The translations under genes were made by a program, and so were the position numbers. The notes under the pieces were generated by a model that ran no database searches, was not told where the DNA came from, and saw only the letters and a program-made list of their open reading frames with translations. Shown piece by piece: positions 37,313 to 42,621 of a stretch of 42,621 bases of DNA; positions within the stretch are counted from its first letter, which is position 1; every line of letters starts with the position of its first letter. The stretch is from Promethearchaeota archaeon. Lineage in GTDB: Archaea > Asgardarchaeota > Lokiarchaeia > Sigyniarchaeales > SOKP01. The stretch spans positions 1 through 42,621 of the forward strand of contig JAHPZI010000020.1 in NCBI GenBank assembly GCA_019058295.1, read 5' to 3'.

Positions 37313-39031
37313 ATGAAAAATATGGAAGAGAAAAAGAATATGATTAATGGGGGCGATGTATTAGTAAAATGTCTGCTCCAAGAAAATGTTCGATACATGT
37401 TTGGGATCCCAGGTGGGCAATTCCTTAAGATGTACGATGCGGTGTATAGATGGGGTCGGGAAAAAGGTATAAATACGGTTTTATTTCGACATGAACAGGC
37501 AGCAGCCCATGCGGCAGATGCCTACGCAAGAGTGACTAATACACCAGGGGTCTGTTTCGGGACTGTTGGTCCGGGAGCAACCCACCTTGTTCCTGGTGTT
37601 GGAGCGGCATGGGCTGATAATATCCCTGTAATCGCCATTGTCCCTCAGGTTAATAGTAAATTTGAAGACAGTTTCACTTTACAAGGGGGTCTTGATCAAT
37701 TAACTATGTTTAAACCAATTACGAAATATCAAAAAAGTATTCGAGAAATAGAGAAGATCCCTGATGCCGTTCATAAAGTATTTCGAGAAGCTACTAGTGG
37801 TCGTCCCAGACCTGTATTACTTGAGATTTATGAGGATGCTTTCTTAGCAGAAATCGAAGAAGATAAAATTCCAATTATAAGCTCAGATAGATATAGGGCT
37901 ATCGCAAAACCTGCTATTGATAATGAATTAATTAAGAAATCTTTAGATCTCTTATTAAATGCGGAAAAACCCTTAATAATTTCTGGTGGAGGAGTTGCGC
38001 GGGCAGAAGCGTGGAATGAATTGCAAGAGTTTGCCGAGTATTTGCAAATTCCCGTTATAACTAGTATCTCAGGAGTTGGAACTATTTCAAATAAGTCGAA
38101 ATGTTCCGTAGGGGTAACATTAGGCAGCATTGCAACGTCAGCAAGTCAAGTAGATGTGATTTTGGCTCTTGGTTGTAAGTTTTCATTTACAATGGCGCAT
38201 GGAGCTGAACCATTTTGGAAGGATTCTCAAAAATTAATACAAGTTGATATTGATCCAAGTATAATCGGACGAAACAAACCAATCGAATTAGGCATTGTTG
38301 GAGATTGTAAATTATTTCTAAAGCAAATACTTGAAGAAGTCAAAAAGACTCAAAAAATTGAAAAAAGAGAATGGTTGGAACATCAGATTGAATTGAAACA
38401 AAGACGTGATTCGACTTACATAAAAAAGGGTTCAAAAGATAAAATACCAATTTTTCCACAGAGAATGATAAAAGATGTTTTAGAATTTATAGATGAGGAT
38501 ACCATTCTTATTGTCGATGGAGGAGATATTCAAGCTTTTGCATATGAGCAAATCGATATTTATAAACAGAGGAAACCACTTTCAACTCTTTCAGCAATAG
38601 GCATGGGACACTTGGGCACATCCGTAGGTTATGGTATTGGGGCAAAACTGGCAAAACCTGATAAACAAGTCGTTTCAATATCGGGCGACGGTAGTTTTAT
38701 GATTAATATCCAAGATCTAGAAACAGCTGCGAGACTAGGGTTAAAAAATTTGATTTTTTGTGTCGGAAACAATTCTTGTTGGGGGATGATTAAATCTGGG
38801 CAAAGATATACTGTTAAAAAGCGTTATATAGATGTAGATTTACCTGGATTTGATTATGGAAAATGTGCAGAAGGATTCGGTTGTTATGGTGAGCAAGTGA
38901 CTGATCCCAATGAGATTAAACCCGCACTCGAGCGAGCTAAAAATTCGAATAAACCCGCGGTTATTGATGTTAAAATTCAGTTTGCCACACCTGAAATTAC
39001 TAAGTTGATGAGTTCGATCGGGGCTATGTAA
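37313..39031 (+). CDS. ThDP-dependent enzyme, acetolactate synthase/ILVBL/2-hydroxyacyl-CoA lyase superfamily
   Basis: FGIPGG, RHEQAAAHAADAYAR, GPG, GRPRPV and GDGSF...NN. Confidence 0.92.
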   Translation: MKNMEEKKNMINGGDVLVKCLLQENVRYMFGIPGGQFLKMYDAVYRWGREKGINTVLFRHEQAAAHAADAYARVTNTPGVCFGTVGPGATHLVPGVGAAWADNIPVIAIVPQVNSKFEDSFTLQGGLDQLTMFKPITKYQKSIREIEKIPDAVHKVFREATSGRPRPVLLEIYEDAFLAEIEEDKIPIISSDRYRAIAKPAIDNELIKKSLDLLLNAEKPLIISGGGVARAEAWNELQEFAEYLQIPVITSISGVGTISNKSKCSVGVTLGSIATSASQVDVILALGCKFSFTMAHGAEPFWKDSQKLIQVDIDPSIIGRNKPIELGIVGDCKLFLKQILEEVKKTQKIEKREWLEHQIELKQRRDSTYIKKGSKDKIPIFPQRMIKDVLEFIDEDTILIVDGGDIQAFAYEQIDIYKQRKPLSTLSAIGMGHLGTSVGYGIGAKLAKPDKQVVSISGDGSFMINIQDLETAARLGLKNLIFCVGNNSCWGMIKSGQRYTVKKRYIDVDLPGFDYGKCAEGFGCYGEQVTDPNEIKPALERAKNSNKPAVIDVKIQFATPEITKLMSSIGAM

Positions 39032-39057
39032 TTTTATTTTTTTTTTATTTATTAATT

Positions 39058-39201
39058 TCAAAGATTCAGTGGTAATTTTTGACCTTTCTCATTTAACGTG
39101 TCTCTTTTGTCTTCTCTATGTAATTTTAATTCTTCCATTAACCAGTTTAAGAGTCTCATTTTAGAGTTATAAATCTCTAGTTCCTCTTCTAACAATTCCA
39201 T
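39058..39201 (-). CDS. Possible 47-aa helical peptide (not in track)
   Basis: MELLEEELEIYNSKMRLLNWLMEELKLHREDKRDTLNEKGQKLPLNL*; protein-like composition in an otherwise empty gap, but no motif. Confidence 0.35.
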   Translation of the reverse strand: MELLEEELEIYNSKMRLLNWLMEELKLHREDKRDTLNEKGQKLPLNL

Positions 39202-39456
39202 TTTAAATCAATTAGGTTTTCGTAAATTTTTTTAGATCTATGGGATTTTATAACAGATATATATCAAAATGATATCCACATAATATCTAAAAAAAATAGT
39301 AAGAATTTTTTAATTAAGAAATTAAATAACTTAGAAAGATTTTAGATACAAATTATTTTAGAAAGACATTTTTCAAAAAGATAAAAAAAAAAATTTTTTT
39401 TAATTTATTATTTCTATGTTTACGCAATCCAGAGATTAATTAAATTCACTATATTA

Positions 39457-39717
39457 TTATTGACTAATCTTAAATTTATAAAGTAAGATAAAGCCAACAA
39501 TAATTAAGATAATTCCAATTATCAATAAAACGACACCATATGCTGTTAATGACGCGCCCACTGCACCTTGATACCCATATTGTGCAGCAGCAGACTCATA
39601 CGAACTAACCGTCGCGCCCGCACCTATGTAATAAATTCCCCAGATCAATAAGATGGCTCCTGTAACCATCATTATAATCCCAATAATCCATAAAATATCT
39701 TCTTTTTCCATTGACAA
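39457..39717 (-). CDS. Small two-TM membrane protein
   Basis: Two hydrophobic helices joined by an A/G/S/Y loop; GGTGA RBS upstream. Confidence 0.75.
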   Translation of the reverse strand: MSMEKEDILWIIGIIMMVTGAILLIWGIYYIGAGATVSSYESAAAQYGYQGAVGASLTAYGVVLLIIGIILIIVGFILLYKFKISQ

Positions 39718-39832
39718 AATTCACCTTTTTAATTTAAATATCAAATAAAGTTGCAAGCTTTATTTTATTTATTTTGTATTTAAATCTTATTATTATTAGA
39801 GAAGGATCTTTTTTTTCTAAATTTAAAGAAAA

Positions 39833-40498
39833 TTAGTTTATAATTTTAAATTTTAATTCTTGACCATTTTTATCAAAACACTTTACACAATCTAATCCAT
39901 TGTAAGGATAACCAAGAATAAAATGAAATCTTTTCAACTTAAAAACATTATTAAGATCTCCTAAAGAGGGAACTGGATTTCCTGATGGATGAGAGTGTAC
40001 TGTTCCTTCAAGTGAAGGGTCTAAAGGAAGCCTACTCGGGAAAAATATGCCTGAACTATCAGAAGTAAGTGCGCCGGGGGGTAAAATAAATTCTGTTATT
40101 ATTCCCTTTTCTACTCTTAGAAGACCTAATATTTCCCTTGGGTGTTGTTCTCTGCACAGCGCCATAATACCATCTAATAATTCCCTGTTTATTAAAACTT
40201 CATTGGATTGCATATTATTTATAAATACAAAAATTTCCTTAACAATCTCAACAATCGGAAGGGGTTCTTTTTTTTTCCAAGTTTTTAGTGCTGTTAGCAT
40301 CGTATCTAAACTGGTGTCAGTTTGACCATCTTCTCTCACTAAAATTACTTTCGGTTTCTTAGGGTAATTTTTAAATTTAATCTCTAAAGACACATTATTT
40401 ATTAGAGGAATAGCTATATTGTAAATCAAACCATTTATTAATTCTACTTTTGGAAACGCTTCCAGTACCTTTTGGTATTCTTGTTCTAAATCTTCCAT
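39833..40498 (-). CDS. JAB1/MPN+/JAMM metallo-isopeptidase with an N-terminal UEV/RWD-like domain
   Basis: HPREILGLL (catalytic E) and HSH-x7-S-x2-D (HSHPSGNPVPSLGD). The N-terminal 95 aa contain NYPKKP and LKTW...IVEIVKEI. Confidence 0.85.
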   Translation of the reverse strand: MEDLEQEYQKVLEAFPKVELINGLIYNIAIPLINNVSLEIKFKNYPKKPKVILVREDGQTDTSLDTMLTALKTWKKKEPLPIVEIVKEIFVFINNMQSNEVLINRELLDGIMALCREQHPREILGLLRVEKGIITEFILPPGALTSDSSGIFFPSRLPLDPSLEGTVHSHPSGNPVPSLGDLNNVFKLKRFHFILGYPYNGLDCVKCFDKNGQELKFKIIN

Positions 40499-40755
40499 TA
40501 ATATACTTAATCCTAAGTAGAAATTAAATCTTAGTATGATGTTTAATTATTCAAAGAATTATAACTAAATATTTATTAGTTGACTAAATAATAGAAAATT
40601 ATAATTAATTAGAAGTTATTAAAAATTGACAGAAATTCAATATTTTACTTATAGATAATAAGAAAGCAAAAAAAATACTCTGTTCAATTAAATTAACAGT
40701 TTTGAAGGATTTAAAAAAAATATAAAAAAGGAAAAAATAATGAAATTAGTTAAAT

Positions 40756-42621
40756 TTATTTTGGTTTTCTTTTTAGTTTGGAAAGATTTATGATATTTTT
40801 CTTGATTAAAACAAAGATAACAATAACACCAGCTCCTACACTTGCAAGAATGATTATACCTACAATTATAATACCCGCTCCTTTATCTCCTTCATCGTCA
40901 TCATCGTTATCACCATCGATGATTGCATAAGGTGATGGCTGAGGTTGAGTTTTATCAAATACCTCAGGGTCGACAGTGAAGAAAAATTCAAAATCTTTTT
41001 GGTCAAAACCAGACGCTATAATGCTCCCCTCTAATCTGATTGGATTTTCGCCAGATTCGACGGTTATCGGTGTTAAAGATATACTATAATTGCCACCTCC
41101 AATAGGAATAATATCACCCGACACATCAGTTCCATTCCACTTGAGCGACCAACCAACTCCTTCAATTCCCTGGGTAGGATCGCTCGCATCAAACACATAA
41201 AATGTCAGATTAAAATAACTATCTGAAAAAAACTGGTCTATGATATCCATACTTAATACTTTAGAAACAATTGTTAGATTTTCGAGCTTAAAATTATCGC
41301 TTTCTGAATTTAACCTCAACGAGCCATCTTTCGAGCTGTAAGTTTCATTAATTGAATTATAGGGATCAATTGTTAAATTCATTTTATAAGTTCCTATACT
41401 ATTAATTGGATCACATTCGACATTGATATATTTTGTTTCATCTACACTAAGACTTAATGGTGAATTAGAATTGTTGTATAAAATTATACCTAAATCTTCA
41501 ATCTTGAGAATGATTATTATATTCTCTGCCTCCCATATGCCATTATTGGTTATTACAAAATCTATCATAAAAGATTGATCTTTATATATAATAGTAGAAT
41601 AGAAATGCGATATATTCAAATTAGGCATTGGATACCACCATGGGTTTAAAGGATCTGTATTAAGATCGACTTCAGCACCGTCTTCAACAGGATCTCCATC
41701 TGTATTCGGATTTAAAGGATTCGTTGAGTTTTTCCATTCCCAATAATCTGATAAATCATCATCATCAGTATCTGGATTGCATGGTTTTGTAATGTATCCA
41801 TCTACACCTAAAGTTAATTCTTCACTGTTATTTAATCCATCTCCATCTAAATCCGATAAGAAGAATAGAGAAAAGGAATATATTGGATGATTATCATTTG
41901 AATTGGCACTACCATTAAGCCAATAGGGTATGTCACCAATCCCATCTACTGGGCAAAAATCAAACCCAGAATAATAACTCCAATAATTCCCAATACAACC
42001 ATTATCCCATTGATTATTTGAGCCGTTATCCACATTGTTGGGGCAAAAAATTGAATTAAAATAGCTCAAACAATTACTTGAATTTTCTAACACAAATCCA
42101 TAACAATTACCATTTAAACCATTTTGCCCGTCTGGACCAGGATTTCCACTTGGTGTACCCGTACCACCATCACCACCAGTACCACCAGCACCTCCCACTC
42201 CATTGATGATATTTGTAATATTATTCCAAAAATTTCTATTATCTCTGGAGTCATTGATATAGAAGCCTGAACTTAAGCCTCCCGCTCCACCAGTACCACC
42301 TGCGCCTCCATCACCAGCATCAACATTCCAGGAATCACCTCCATTACCACCTGCGCCTCCTTTACCACCATAACCACTCGAAATATTAAATATATCATTC
42401 CATTCAGATGTAATATGTGTAGAGTTTTTGTAATAAATACCTGAACTTAAACCTCCCACACCGCCAGTACCTCCTGCACCACCATCACCACCAGAACTAC
42501 CTGAGCCTGAGATTCCAGCACCCCCAGCGCCACCCAGAATAGAATAACCCCCAGTACACAAAAAAATAAAATTATAACAATATAAGATAAACATAAAAAA
42601 AATATAAAAAAACAAAAACAA
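40756..42621 (-). CDS. Large cell-surface protein, 5'-truncated: beta-helix with Gly-rich loops, Ca-binding DxDxDG repeats, CARDB/Ig-like domains, C-terminal TM anchor
   Basis: GGxGGxGG tracts between GFYI..S..N beta-helix rungs; WDNG..GNYWS; DLDGDGL/DTDDDDL/NTDGD repeats; PNLNI...ITNNG CARDB-like segment; acidic linker, TM and Lys tail. The frame is open to the window edge. Confidence 0.85.
   Translation of the reverse strand: MFLFFYIFFMFILYCYNFIFLCTGGYSILGGAGGAGISGSGSSGGDGGAGGTGGVGGLSSGIYYKNSTHITSEWNDIFNISSGYGGKGGAGGNGGDSWNVDAGDGGAGGTGGAGGLSSGFYINDSRDNRNFWNNITNIINGVGGAGGTGGDGGTGTPSGNPGPDGQNGLNGNCYGFVLENSSNCLSYFNSIFCPNNVDNGSNNQWDNGCIGNYWSYYSGFDFCPVDGIGDIPYWLNGSANSNDNHPIYSFSLFFLSDLDGDGLNNSEELTLGVDGYITKPCNPDTDDDDLSDYWEWKNSTNPLNPNTDGDPVEDGAEVDLNTDPLNPWWYPMPNLNISHFYSTIIYKDQSFMIDFVITNNGIWEAENIIIILKIEDLGIILYNNSNSPLSLSVDETKYINVECDPINSIGTYKMNLTIDPYNSINETYSSKDGSLRLNSESDNFKLENLTIVSKVLSMDIIDQFFSDSYFNLTFYVFDASDPTQGIEGVGWSLKWNGTDVSGDIIPIGGGNYSISLTPITVESGENPIRLEGSIIASGFDQKDFEFFFTVDPEVFDKTQPQPSPYAIIDGDNDDDDEGDKGAGIIIVGIIILASVGAGVIVIFVLIKKNIINLSKLKRKPK

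Overview
A very AT-rich, gene-dense archaeal window with about 40 CDS and no rRNA, tRNA, CRISPR array or mobile element that I can see. The gene content points to an Asgard archaeon of the Lokiarchaeia/Promethearchaeia type (inference): a Rab-like GTPase, a HEAT+LRR protein, a Loki-CTERM-like IPGY sorting tail, a JAMM protein and a UGA-recoded HdrA. Main observations: (1) hdrA (1..1053, runs off the window) has two in-frame TGA codons, both at conserved Cys positions, so it is a predicted double selenoprotein that the ORF track breaks up; it lies downstream of an AOR/Fe-S pair and an RdhA-like gene. (2) A lipid/acyl-CoA region encodes two recently duplicated SCP2 proteins, a divergent wHTH-V4R-like regulator, hydratase-2, thiolase and SDRs, i.e. 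the separate modules of eukaryotic MFE-2/SCPx; a separate operon pairs an SCP2-like gene with 2-hydroxyacyl-CoA dehydratase. (3) An EamA/DMT transporter is fused to an Lrp/AsnC RAM domain and followed by a stand-alone RAM protein. (4) A UEV/RWD-like domain is fused to an intact JAMM domain. (5) The track misses a 56-aa, 10-Cys metal-binding peptide, and there is evidence for ATT/CTG start codons. All family calls come from reading motifs by eye; no database searches were run.
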